Part shown: positions 46,877-56,108 of the stretch, one piece after another
Layout of the letters: each line of letters starts with the position of its first letter
Numbering within the stretch: position 1 is the first letter of the stretch
Origin: a virus
Reading direction: 5' to 3' (one strand)
IMG/VR virus record: IMGVR_UViG_3300002144_000477
Coordinates: 96,001 to 160,000 of that record
DNA: 64,000 nt
Notes under the pieces: model-generated
What the model was told of the DNA's origin: nothing
Database searches by the model: none
What the model saw: only the letters and a program-made list of their open reading frames with translations
Translations under genes and position numbers: made by a program

Positions 46877-47559
46877 CGTGGTGCAAACTCTTGTTGTAGT
46901 TTGATGTTGTCAAAGAACTCTTTCTTTGTATTGCCGTCTGTATTAAATGCCCCTTTTAGTACAGTAGTCTGTGTTAACGAACTATGCGCCATAATGCCAC
47001 GATTTTCACAACAACCATGTGTTGCTTGAATGTAGACTGCTACGTTTTCACTGTCGGTTGCCTTCATAATCTCACGAGCAATGTCGTTACAAAGTTCTTC
47101 TTGTAGTGTGCCGCGACGAGCACACCACTGTGCAATACGTGTATACTTCGAAAGGCCGATTAGTTTTTCTGCCGCAATAATGCCAATATAAGCAACCCCA
47201 GTAACGGGTTGGTGATGATGACTACACATACTACGAAGTTCACTGCGAACCACGAGCATGCCTTCGTAACGGTCTGCCGAATCATTTGGAAATGCTGTTG
47301 CGTCTGGTGCTGGTTCATATCTTCCTGCCATTATTTCGTTAAAGTACATTTTAGCAAGACGTCTTGCAGTGCCTTGACTGTTAGGATCATTGTAACGATC
47401 AATTACTAGTGCATCTAGTACACTGTTAAATGCTAATGTAGCTTCGTCAATAAGTTGTTCTTTATCGCCTTCTTGTAATACTGTACTGATGTTATCACCA
47501 GCCCAGTGACGAATGCCATATTTTTCTAGTTTTGTTTTAATTTCTTGTGCTTTACTCAT
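46873..47559 (-). CDS. folE: GTP cyclohydrolase I
   Basis: TARRLAKMY, SMCSHH, IGLSKY.RI, LQE, HGCCENRG. Confidence 0.95.
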   Translation of the reverse strand: MSKAQEIKTKLEKYGIRHWAGDNISTVLQEGDKEQLIDEATLAFNSVLDALVIDRYNDPNSQGTARRLAKMYFNEIMAGRYEPAPDATAFPNDSADRYEGMLVVRSELRSMCSHHHQPVTGVAYIGIIAAEKLIGLSKYTRIAQWCARRGTLQEELCNDIAREIMKATDSENVAVYIQATHGCCENRGIMAHSSLTQTTVLKGAFNTDGNTKKEFFDNIKLQQEFAPR

Positions 47560-47564
47560 TTATA

Positions 47565-47592
47565 TCTCCGATGTTAAGGCAGTGGATTGCCG
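47565..47592 (-). ncRNA. candidate mini-pseudoknot sequestering the folE SD
   Basis: GGCA-AUCCAC-UGCC-UUAACAUC-GGAGA; loop UCC can pair with SD GGA. Confidence 0.4.
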
Positions 47593-47600
47593 TATTGTTT

Positions 47601-47629
47601 ATTATACAATCAACTAAGTCGATTGTCAA
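47601..47629 (-). promoter_or_regulatory. sigma70-type promoter for folE
   Basis: TTGACA-17-TATAAT. Confidence 0.88.
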
Positions 47630-47645
47630 TTCTATTTAGACAGCA

Positions 47646-48230
47646 TCAGCTATCAATCCAAATAAGTTCTTTCCCATTTGGGTATGTTTTATATTCAGGA
47701 ATAGGATTCACATAGGGTAGTTTATCTAGACCCAACTTAGCTAGTTCAGGTGTGGGCCGCATGTGGTACGCAATTTTAGGGATAGGATGATTCTGCCAGG
47801 GATTAACTGATAAATCTCTTCCGTCATACCGTTGCTTAATAACAGTACTATAAAACTGTTCGTCGTCGGTTAGTATAGCGCCACCCCAACCAAGCTCAAG
47901 GGGCTTACCGAATCCAAAACTTAAACATTGTAGGGTCCCGGCACGATACATGTTAGGTGCAAGTAGCCTAGCACTATCCCATATCCTGGTATTGTTAAAT
48001 TGATATTCACCGACCCATTCGTCGTCAGTTAACTCGTATACAATGCCTAGACGATGCATTAGTTGGTGTATGCTAAGGTAGGTATACTTAGAATAACTAG
48101 TCATACTAACTCCGTCGTAGCGCAAACACAACTCTAGTGCATTAGTGCAACAATCAGTCATAATTGCATACGGAGCACCAGTATGCTTTGCGAGAGTGTC
48201 TTCAAACGCTTTAATTAATTCAAATGCCAT
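47646..48230 (-). CDS. short (194 aa) DegT-like PLP-fold protein
   Basis: FEDTLA..DCCTNALEL, WDSA, LSFGFGKPL..GGAILTD, RYDGR. Confidence 0.75.
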   Translation of the reverse strand: MAFELIKAFEDTLAKHTGAPYAIMTDCCTNALELCLRYDGVSMTSYSKYTYLSIHQLMHRLGIVYELTDDEWVGEYQFNNTRIWDSARLLAPNMYRAGTLQCLSFGFGKPLELGWGGAILTDDEQFYSTVIKQRYDGRDLSVNPWQNHPIPKIAYHMRPTPELAKLGLDKLPYVNPIPEYKTYPNGKELIWIDS

Positions 48231-49206
48231 TTTGTACAGATTCTTCTGCAGAGATGTTATACCAATCCCACGCACTTGAAACAATTTGATCAACTGAGCT
48301 GTGCATTGGCATCCAACCTAACATTTTCATTGCTTTGCTACTGTCTGCAATTAGTAAGTCGGGGTCGCCTTCTCTACGTGGGCCGGCTTTGATGTTAACT
48401 GGCCCAATGTTGTTAACTACATAATCAATGATTTGTTGATTACTAATACCGGTATTAGTACCTAAGTTAAACGCCTCTGCACCATTTGCACTATACTTAG
48501 TAGTGGCAAGTAAGTATGCACTAGCAATATCGTTGACGCTAATGTAGTCGCGAATACAAGTCCCGTCCGGCGTATTGTAATCGTTGCCGTTTAATGTGAA
48601 GACACTGTCTTTTATTTTTGATTCTAGGATTCTAGCAATGATATGGGTAGCACCATGCGCTTGTCCTAAATCCTTACTAGCGCCTGCCGCATTAAAATAC
48701 CTAAAGCTAATACTATTCAATCCGTATGCACTATAATAGTCTTGCAAAATGCGTTCAATTATAGCCTTAGTTGATCCATATGGACTCATTGGGTTAATAG
48801 GCGAGTCTTCTGTAATAGGAGTTACTTTAGGATTTCCGTATACACTTGCGCTACTACTAAACATAAATGTCGGCAGTTGCCCTTTACATTGCTCAACGAT
48901 AGCACGTAAGAAGTTGATGGTTCCACGTACATTATTAGTATAGTATTCGTCGGGATTCATGACACTCGGACCTACTAAACTAGTACCCGCACAATGCACA
49001 ACAACATCTGGTTTTACCTGTGCTATGTATTTGGACACTAATGTATAATCACCGTAGTCTGCCTTCAATATCTCATCATGGTATTGCCTTGCATTGGTGT
49101 TAGTAGTTTCGCGGTCGATGCCATACACTTTCCAACTAATGCTATTAAATGCTTTAGCAATATTGCTACCAATGTAGCCGTTGCTTCCGGTGATTAGTAC
49201 GTTCAT
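48220..49206 (-). CDS. galE: UDP-glucose 4-epimerase
   Basis: TGSNGYIG, SSASVYG, YGSTK, RYFNAAGA, TPDGTCIRDYI, RREGDP. Confidence 0.9.
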   Translation of the reverse strand: MNVLITGSNGYIGSNIAKAFNSISWKVYGIDRETTNTNARQYHDEILKADYGDYTLVSKYIAQVKPDVVVHCAGTSLVGPSVMNPDEYYTNNVRGTINFLRAIVEQCKGQLPTFMFSSSASVYGNPKVTPITEDSPINPMSPYGSTKAIIERILQDYYSAYGLNSISFRYFNAAGASKDLGQAHGATHIIARILESKIKDSVFTLNGNDYNTPDGTCIRDYISVNDIASAYLLATTKYSANGAEAFNLGTNTGISNQQIIDYVVNNIGPVNIKAGPRREGDPDLLIADSSKAMKMLGWMPMHSSVDQIVSSAWDWYNISAEESVQNGI

Positions 49207-49208
49207 AA

Positions 49209-50384
49209 TTAGTATTTCTCTTCTGACACAAAGTCTCTATATCGATTACCTGCACGATTCCACTGCTCGCCGTTGCCTTGCATAATATCAACCATACGGT
49301 TAATAGTACCATCGGTCCAGTTACTAATTTTGCCTATGTTGGCATGAGGCTCGCTCAACAACTTTTCTAGTTTCGTTTCTGCATCTGACAGGCTCCATGG
49401 AATATAAAGTCGTTCTGCGTCATTTGCAAAAGTTTCCGGGAAACTGCGGTACGCAGGATATAACACGTTACAGCCAAGGGTGTCTGCTTCACTTACCGTA
49501 TTTGACACCCAGTCTTGTAATGCACAGTTAAACAACACCTTACTATCGTTGACGATATTATAGTAATCATTTTTTTGCAAGTCTTTATATATCTTTAACT
49601 TACCGTCGGCTTCCATCTTTAAAGCACGGTCCAAGTACTTTTGATTATTACTGCGTAACGGGCCACCACTTAGCACTGCAAATTCAACATCTGGACGAGC
49701 TTGCTTGAATCGTTCTATTAGATCCATAAAAAAGTCTGGTTGCTTTTCTTGATCAAACCGTGCGGCAAATACAACCCTATCGCTACGTTGATCCCACGGC
49801 TTAATCTTATTATCAACCCGACCTCGGACTTCTTCTTTACTAAAGCTCAGACCGCTAATGTTGTAAATCGGAGCAGTCCAGTTTGCAATTTTCATATGTG
49901 CTACCATTTCTTCGTTAGTAGCAAGAATATTAACATTAGGAATTTCGTTGCACATTTGCTCGTACAAACTCATCCACTTGCCCATACCCCATACGTGAAC
50001 AAAGTCGTCGGGATCGACTGCTTGTGCTAGACATCGCAAGTAAATAGTTGGGCGTTGTTCTTCGGGAATCTGGCACATGATGTACGGCAAAGATTCGATT
50101 CCCGGTTGAAACATATCCTCGAAGAATACCACATCGCCACCGCCGCATTCGCCGCTTCGCATCATCTGCACTAAATTCATTAACTGACTCATACCAAAGT
50201 AGCTACGTCCGTGTGCATCTAATACTTGACCGACACTAATTGCCTTAGTGTTGTCGATAGTGCTTCCGGGCACTACAACATAGTCGATTCCGCGTTGCTT
50301 AAACACACGCTCGCTCCACTCTTGTAGTTGCAAAGTGTATCGACCTTCGTACGGCTCAAGGCCCATATAAAAAAGTTTTTTCAT
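49209..50384 (-). CDS. GT-B (GT4-like) glycosyltransferase
   Basis: VVFAARFDQEKQP, FNCALQDWVSNTVSEA..LG..YP. Confidence 0.8.
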   Translation of the reverse strand: MKKLFYMGLEPYEGRYTLQLQEWSERVFKQRGIDYVVVPGSTIDNTKAISVGQVLDAHGRSYFGMSQLMNLVQMMRSGECGGGDVVFFEDMFQPGIESLPYIMCQIPEEQRPTIYLRCLAQAVDPDDFVHVWGMGKWMSLYEQMCNEIPNVNILATNEEMVAHMKIANWTAPIYNISGLSFSKEEVRGRVDNKIKPWDQRSDRVVFAARFDQEKQPDFFMDLIERFKQARPDVEFAVLSGGPLRSNNQKYLDRALKMEADGKLKIYKDLQKNDYYNIVNDSKVLFNCALQDWVSNTVSEADTLGCNVLYPAYRSFPETFANDAERLYIPWSLSDAETKLEKLLSEPHANIGKISNWTDGTINRMVDIMQGNGEQWNRAGNRYRDFVSEEKY

Positions 50385-50644
50385 TATTGTGATTTCCTAA
50401 CGTTGCTATTGTGGTTTTTAGTAGCGTATCTAAAATTAGCAGATTTTTTTCGGGCGGGATCAAACGGTGGACGTTGGAACCAGTGATTGCGAATTTGCCG
50501 ACCTTCTTTCATTGCGGTATAATCTTGGTAGTGGGGGCTACGCATGTTATACAGATCTTTTTCTCTAAACGGACGGCCAAACTCAACACAGAACTCTTGA
50601 TATTCTTCGAGATCTTTAAAAATTTGTGCAACTTGGGGTTTCAT
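50384..50644 (-). CDS. hypothetical phage protein
   Basis: AGGA SD; IFKDLEEYQEFC..FREKDLY. Confidence 0.75.
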   Translation of the reverse strand: MKPQVAQIFKDLEEYQEFCVEFGRPFREKDLYNMRSPHYQDYTAMKEGRQIRNHWFQRPPFDPARKKSANFRYATKNHNSNVRKSQ

Positions 50645-50693
50645 AAATCATTTTCCTGTTACAGAGATTAATATACAAAGTTATTTAGATTTA

Positions 50694-51140
50694 TTATACT
50701 ACCGCGTAAACATTTTCGCAACCATTTTCGTTGTCTTCGCTTACACTAATTTTTACAACACGGCCCGGATACTTTGTTGCAATTTTACGATACAAATCGT
50801 CTGCAATCATTTCGCAGGACTTGTGATTCAAATTAAGCACCGAAGTACCACCGTCGAGCTGTTGATATAGTCTTTCCATCCATCGCTTGAACTGGATGAA
50901 TTCGATGTCTCTATCGTTGTGGAACACTTCGATACACACCCGGAAATGAAAGATATGGCGGTGAGGAATACCAAGGAACGAAACGTCGTCCCAGCCGCCT
51001 GTTGCCAGTTTTGGATCACTGTCTGCTCCTGGATACATATGTACACCTTCTTTTTGAAAGGTAACCCAGATCATTTTTGATGCTTTGTTGATTGATTGAT
51101 CAATAGCAGTTCGTTCGGAATTAGTTATTGGATGCGTCAT
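50694..51140 (-). CDS. QueD/PTPS-like T-fold protein (second paralog)
   Basis: EGVH.YP, HRHIFHF.V.IEV, RDIEF, SCEMIA, VSEDNENG. Confidence 0.7.
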   Translation of the reverse strand: MTHPITNSERTAIDQSINKASKMIWVTFQKEGVHMYPGADSDPKLATGGWDDVSFLGIPHRHIFHFRVCIEVFHNDRDIEFIQFKRWMERLYQQLDGGTSVLNLNHKSCEMIADDLYRKIATKYPGRVVKISVSEDNENGCENVYAVV

Positions 51141-51678
51141 TATTTGGTATGCTCGTTGTTCGTGGTTGAAGTTTGGCCATTTTATCTCTGCCGTAGTCGT
51201 GCCAGCTAGTGTACGACTCCTTAGTGCGCAAGTCGTGCAACGTGTGAACCCACACGCCACCATTTACTCCGCCGACACCGACGTCGTCTAGTTTTAAACA
51301 AGCGTTGTAACCTGCTTGTTGAATAGATGGAAGCTCAATACTTAACATCATAATAAAGTTTGGGTGTTTAACTAATGAAGTTTCCATTAGGTCGTTATAT
51401 TGACTTAATGGTATGTCTAGTGTACACTGAAATCCTTGATGCAAAAACACCGTAATAGTATTAACCCACTTATTCCATTCCGCGGCACTTAATTTCTCCT
51501 TAGGGAAACTTTTATTAGCACCAAAATAAAGATGTGTGCAAAACTCCGGTCGAATCTTGCTGATAGTAACAGGATTAATCCATTTTGCAAGAAACAGCGT
51601 TTGCTTACCTTTTGCAGGAGTGTTTTCGATTTCTCTGCCGATCATGTAGTCGGCATCTTCGCGAGTAATTTTAGTCAA
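51121..51678 (-). CDS. hypothetical phage protein
   Basis: G.EIENTPA.G..TLF, HLYFGAN.SF, KLDD..GVW; TTG start. Confidence 0.75.
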   Translation of the reverse strand: MTKITREDADYMIGREIENTPAKGKQTLFLAKWINPVTISKIRPEFCTHLYFGANKSFPKEKLSAAEWNKWVNTITVFLHQGFQCTLDIPLSQYNDLMETSLVKHPNFIMMLSIELPSIQQAGYNACLKLDDVGVGGVNGGVWVHTLHDLRTKESYTSWHDYGRDKMAKLQPRTTSIPNNDASNN

Positions 51679-51714
51679 TGTAAAGCCTTGATGTTTAAAT
51701 GGTTCTATACAGTA

Positions 51715-51743
51715 AGTATACTATATTTTATAAGTGTGGTCAA
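51715..51743 (-). promoter_or_regulatory. sigma70-type promoter
   Basis: TTGACC-17-TATACT. Confidence 0.7.
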
Positions 51744-51751
51744 TGACTTTA

Positions 51752-51946
51752 TTAACCATTATGTCCTAGGTTCGATTCGAGTCGTCGAATTTCGTTTTTA
51801 ACTTGTAGTTTTTTCTGCTTTAGCGCACCAGCTCTTGCAATATCTTCTGGGATGTGGGATTTGTTGAGTTGATCTACTTCGTCATTAAGTACTTTGTGTG
51901 CTTGCTTTAAGCTCTCTAAGTGTGCTGTAGTTTTGGTATTATTCAT
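51752..51946 (-). CDS. DUF465/YdcH-like coiled-coil protein
   Basis: LKQAH..L..EV...LKQKKLQVKNEI; GAGG SD. Confidence 0.75.
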   Translation of the reverse strand: MNNTKTTAHLESLKQAHKVLNDEVDQLNKSHIPEDIARAGALKQKKLQVKNEIRRLESNLGHNG

Positions 51947-51948
51947 TG

Positions 51949-53484
51949 TTATGCTTCCTCAAAAAGTGAATTGAACATAGTGTTCGCGTTTTTAGTTTTC
52001 TTACCTTTGAATCCGCGAGTACCAATAATGTCCATCCAGTAATCATCATATTGTTCAATGATTGCTAGACTTTCTTCTTTAGTAGGTGCGGCAAAGATAG
52101 TTTCTACAATATCTTCAAAAAATGCAAAGTCGCCATTACTGTATCGCATCATTGCAGGATGCTCGCCTGCATCGAATCGTCGATTGGCTTCTTGCACAGC
52201 GGTTAAGTGCATCCATACATTATGGCCCATTAGCAATGCGTAACTAAAACTATCCCAGGAAGTTTTGCCCCACTTACCGTTCTTGTTTAAGTCTGGCATT
52301 ACGTCGTAGTTTTCTTCAATTAACCTATTTTCAAGAGTATCAGCAACTCCGGCTTTCAGTACACCCGGTTTGTAGATACAGATGTCTTTCATTGTTAACA
52401 TATCGCTAATAGGGCTGTCTTCCCAACGTGGGTAAATGCCATCAGCAACAACACCGTCTGCCCACTTGCGTGTATCTAGTGCATACTTCTTGTCGTCTGC
52501 ACTTGGAGCCATCCTATATGACCACTTACCATCTTGTGGGAACGCATTTTCAAAATACACTTGTCCGTTTGCAGTGGCAAGGAATGGGCTAGCACAATCA
52601 AAAGAGATAGTAAACGCAGGATTTACATACTTGCGTATTGCTCTTTGGATCACGGTGAGTAGTACTGCCCATTCCAACTTACTTGTTCCTAGGAAGTGCA
52701 TCCAGTCATGAACACCTTCTTGCAACAAATTATCGTAGCGCAATGCAACCAAACGCTTGAGTACCAAGTGTACATCACACATGTTCTGACCGCCCATTGA
52801 CCAACCATCGAAGTGCGTGTCTGGGTATACAGCAGGATCACAAAATGATTTCATTTCCTGGTACCATGCTTCGGCACTTGAATGATTGTCGCCTTGTAAC
52901 ACGTTTAAGTACTTGGCACCGCCATTCTTTTTACCTTTGCGGTTAGCCATAAAGTATTCGTTGTTGTACTTGGTGGCGTCAACTGCTTCTTGCAATGTTT
53001 TGATCCCACACTTGTCACTGGCGTTTTTGTCGTGTATAACCCAAGTTGGAATATCAAGAATCATGCCATAGTCGGCAATGTTATCTAACCATGTCAATAT
53101 TTGACTGCGTTTCTTTTGTGCTTTAGGGCACCCTGAATTAGCCTTCCAATCGCCTTCCCACAAGCCTTTGGCAATCTGGAAACCGCCCGAGTCGCCTAAC
53201 ATAAACGTATCCTCTGCACGATTACGAACCATGTCCTCGGACCAATCTTCTTTATTGAGATCTAGATTAGCATGTCCGCCGGAATATAGACTCCACCGAT
53301 ATGGAAATAGCCCTTTTTGACTATTAAGCCAATTCATTTGTTCCATATCAACTAACCCTTGCGGAAATCTAGATGGGTCTACGTATTCTTCGTTACGTTG
53401 CTTGCCTACGAATGTAGCATAGAACCCGCTGATGGCTGGCAAAAATACTGCGTAGTCTTTTTGTTTTTCTGTTAAGTTATCCAT
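51949..53484 (-). CDS. tRNA-guanine-transglycosylase-fold protein, DpdA-like
   Basis: GDSGGFQ, ILDIP, NVLQG, GWSMGG, MHFLG, SFDCAS, HN. Confidence 0.85.
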   Translation of the reverse strand: MDNLTEKQKDYAVFLPAISGFYATFVGKQRNEEYVDPSRFPQGLVDMEQMNWLNSQKGLFPYRWSLYSGGHANLDLNKEDWSEDMVRNRAEDTFMLGDSGGFQIAKGLWEGDWKANSGCPKAQKKRSQILTWLDNIADYGMILDIPTWVIHDKNASDKCGIKTLQEAVDATKYNNEYFMANRKGKKNGGAKYLNVLQGDNHSSAEAWYQEMKSFCDPAVYPDTHFDGWSMGGQNMCDVHLVLKRLVALRYDNLLQEGVHDWMHFLGTSKLEWAVLLTVIQRAIRKYVNPAFTISFDCASPFLATANGQVYFENAFPQDGKWSYRMAPSADDKKYALDTRKWADGVVADGIYPRWEDSPISDMLTMKDICIYKPGVLKAGVADTLENRLIEENYDVMPDLNKNGKWGKTSWDSFSYALLMGHNVWMHLTAVQEANRRFDAGEHPAMMRYSNGDFAFFEDIVETIFAAPTKEESLAIIEQYDDYWMDIIGTRGFKGKKTKNANTMFNSLFEEA

Positions 53485-54304
53485 ATTTGTATAATGCTTC
53501 TGATGCTACTTGTTGATTTGCGAATTGTATAGACTGCATAAAGGAAATATCTTCCCATAAGTACTCTAATAGCCGTTCTTTTAAAATTATAGAGTTTTCT
53601 AGCATGTGTAGTATAACTGCATGCAGTTGAGCCTTCATTAAATTGCTTCGTGCCCGTCCTTCCCCGTCGCCGTTACTATCACTATTTAGATTAGCAACAT
53701 TTTCGTGTTCTAGTGTAACTTCTGGAAAGCCGTACATGTTTAAAAAAGTATTTAGATTAGTTTCCAGGTGCTTATCAATAAAAATAAAATGGCATTGATC
53801 TACATTGTACCCGTTTAAGAAACTTGTTTGATTATCAGTATGATCGTCAAACACAAAACGATCAAAAATTATAGACAATGCTAATTCCTGACCATACAGC
53901 CCATTCATACCGTGTGTAAATCTGGTATCACCTATCCTGCTAATAATATCAGTGTGATACATGGTTAAGTATTCGCAGATTCCACTGATCCACCTAGTTG
54001 CTGGATCTCTTAATAAGACTAAATGGTGTTTTTCAGCTAACGACCCTATATTGTTAATGTTATGTACTTGCCATCCAAGCCTTCCGCCTAATGCATTTTT
54101 TACACTAGTGCTGGCATTTTTGGGGATGTTAACGTAGGTACAAGTACGACCTGGATCCACAAAACATTCATTAATATCGTGCCCTTTCATTAACCATTGA
54201 CGTTCTGGTCTTCTGACTACTCGCCGGGTCTCGTCTATAATGTTGTTACGACAATTGTCTAGTATGTCGCGAGTATTATTAGAATATCTTTTAAAATCTA
54301 GCAT
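53477..54304 (-). CDS. sulfotransferase family 2-like protein
   Basis: IPKNASTS (5'-PSB), LRDPATRWISG (3'-PB), DHTDNQ. Confidence 0.8.
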   Translation of the reverse strand: MLDFKRYSNNTRDILDNCRNNIIDETRRVVRRPERQWLMKGHDINECFVDPGRTCTYVNIPKNASTSVKNALGGRLGWQVHNINNIGSLAEKHHLVLLRDPATRWISGICEYLTMYHTDIISRIGDTRFTHGMNGLYGQELALSIIFDRFVFDDHTDNQTSFLNGYNVDQCHFIFIDKHLETNLNTFLNMYGFPEVTLEHENVANLNSDSNGDGEGRARSNLMKAQLHAVILHMLENSIILKERLLEYLWEDISFMQSIQFANQQVASEALYKYG

Positions 54305-54306
54305 AA

Positions 54307-55320
54307 TTATAACAACCTCTTTATAAACGACCCAATTGAAATGTGCGACATGGTGCTTACAATTCTCAGTTGGTCTAGTGCAAGTGTATATTCTGGCCCA
54401 GTTGTTGCCATAATATCCTGTTCGCTGAAATTATCAAACGTGCCCCAGTCTTCTACTTTAGTAATTTCTCCCAGAAATCCAAATTTACTACATAAGTTAG
54501 CAAAGTTTAGTATATCGGTATGATTGCTTTTACTTAGGCAAAACATTAGTCTAACAGTAGAATGAGCAGGACGGTTATCTGCTAGCCACTGTAGGTTATC
54601 TTGCAATATACTAAACTTGCCTGGACGTCTAACTACTTCGTATACTTCTTGAGTTCCGGCATCCACACTAATTTGAAATTCACTTATGTTATGAAGTATC
54701 GGACTGTTGGGCAACAGTTTCTTAATTAGTAAACCATTGGTAAGCAATTTAATTGTTTGATTACTTTTAGGTTCCCAATTAAGCACTAGCGGACGCATAA
54801 TCAAACTAGCCAATGGGTCTCCGTTTCCGCTCATAGTTAAGTGCAACGGCTTGTCAAATTGGTTAATTAAATTAACTAAGTGTAAGACCATGGCCGATTT
54901 CTGATCGAACACCTCACCATTGCTATGAGATATCTGTTCACGCCGGCATGACGGACATGCTAAGTTGCAACTTTCATCTATGTTAATAGACAAATAGTAA
55001 GAGGACGATTTTAGATCTTGATCTAAAATACCGCAGAGTTCGACCGCGCAATATTTGTATGTGCGATCAGTAATTGTTTTCTGTAGCTCAATTGCAGTTG
55101 AGTTATTCCAAACTTCGTTTAAGTCAGCGAAGTCTAATATATTGCCCACGCTTATTGGTAAATGCGCTTCGCACTTGCATAGAAAACAATTACCTGATAA
55201 GTCTACAGTCAGAACAGTAAACGGGCTATCGCAATGATTTGTTATAGTGCCAGACCAATCTTGGCCACGAGGATTCGGATGCCAAGCCAGAATCTGAGTT
55301 ATGTTGTCAGGCGATAGCAT
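54307..55320 (-). CDS. radical SAM protein with N-terminal Cys-rich domain
   Basis: CNLACPSC, GNGDP, TNG, ISVDAG; CDSPF..CFLCKC..CAVELC. Confidence 0.88.
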   Translation of the reverse strand: MLSPDNITQILAWHPNPRGQDWSGTITNHCDSPFTVLTVDLSGNCFLCKCEAHLPISVGNILDFADLNEVWNNSTAIELQKTITDRTYKYCAVELCGILDQDLKSSSYYLSINIDESCNLACPSCRREQISHSNGEVFDQKSAMVLHLVNLINQFDKPLHLTMSGNGDPLASLIMRPLVLNWEPKSNQTIKLLTNGLLIKKLLPNSPILHNISEFQISVDAGTQEVYEVVRRPGKFSILQDNLQWLADNRPAHSTVRLMFCLSKSNHTDILNFANLCSKFGFLGEITKVEDWGTFDNFSEQDIMATTGPEYTLALDQLRIVSTMSHISIGSFIKRLL

Positions 55321-55327
55321 TCTAAGA

Positions 55328-56047
55328 TTACTTAGTTTGTGCAGGCAAAATGTAGTTGTACTCAATTAACCCGCTGTCAACGGTAATCATAGTAGCACCT
55401 TCATCGCTGATTTTAAGAGTCTTATCTCCTGTTAGGCTCAGAATGTTAGTGATAGCTGTAACTGGCCAACTCCAGGCTTTAGTTAGTTTACCACTTACTC
55501 CGCTTTCGAATACAAATTCACCGCTGTGGCTACTTGGGTTGCCGAAGAAGAATTTGAGGTCGGATCCGTCAGTCTTAGCACTAAACGTGGTTTCATCGTT
55601 GTGTGCCTGGCTTTGGAATTTTAAACGTTGAATACCAATTACTGAAGGAACAATATCAATGTTCCAGTTAACTGCTTTAAATTTAAAATTCTTAAGAATA
55701 GCAGTAACTACATCGGCTTTCATGAAACGATAGTCGTTTTTAAAGTCGCCTTCTTTGTTTTCAAAGTGGATGTTAGTTGGTGCTTCTCCGTCTCGTGAAA
55801 CATCAATTTTAGCATTTTCTTTATATACTGGAAGATTTAAAATAGTGTTTAGCTTGCTTAAGTTAGGCATACCGAATGTGCCTACAAAATCAGCAACGGG
55901 ACCTTTAAACTTGCCTTCAACGATAACACTACGGTCTTCGCTAATACAGTTAATAGTTGTGCCATTTTCGTCTCCGGTAATCTTAATCAAATCAATGTTA
56001 CCAAGACCGTACGTGTGTTGAACGATGTCTAATAGATAGTCGCGCAT
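55328..56047 (-). CDS. DNA polymerase sliding clamp (gp45-like)
   Basis: 239 aa, FGMPNLSKL, KISDEGA..ITVDSG..YNYILPA; near the polymerase. Confidence 0.7.
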   Translation of the reverse strand: MRDYLLDIVQHTYGLGNIDLIKITGDENGTTINCISEDRSVIVEGKFKGPVADFVGTFGMPNLSKLNTILNLPVYKENAKIDVSRDGEAPTNIHFENKEGDFKNDYRFMKADVVTAILKNFKFKAVNWNIDIVPSVIGIQRLKFQSQAHNDETTFSAKTDGSDLKFFFGNPSSHSGEFVFESGVSGKLTKAWSWPVTAITNILSLTGDKTLKISDEGATMITVDSGLIEYNYILPAQTK

Positions 56048-56079
56048 GTGTTATTCCTTTAATTAAAGTTTATATTGAT

Positions 56080-56108
56080 ATTATAGCATCAATAGTGCTG
56101 TGTGTCAA
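56080..56108 (-). promoter_or_regulatory. sigma70-type promoter
   Basis: TTGACA-17-TATAAT. Confidence 0.88.

Noticed and set aside
51949-53484. Ordinary bacterial tRNA tgt
   Set aside because: It lacks the CxCxxC zinc motif of bacterial Tgt, is longer, and its phage folE/queD/queE context favours a DpdA-like role; tRNA activity is not formally excluded.
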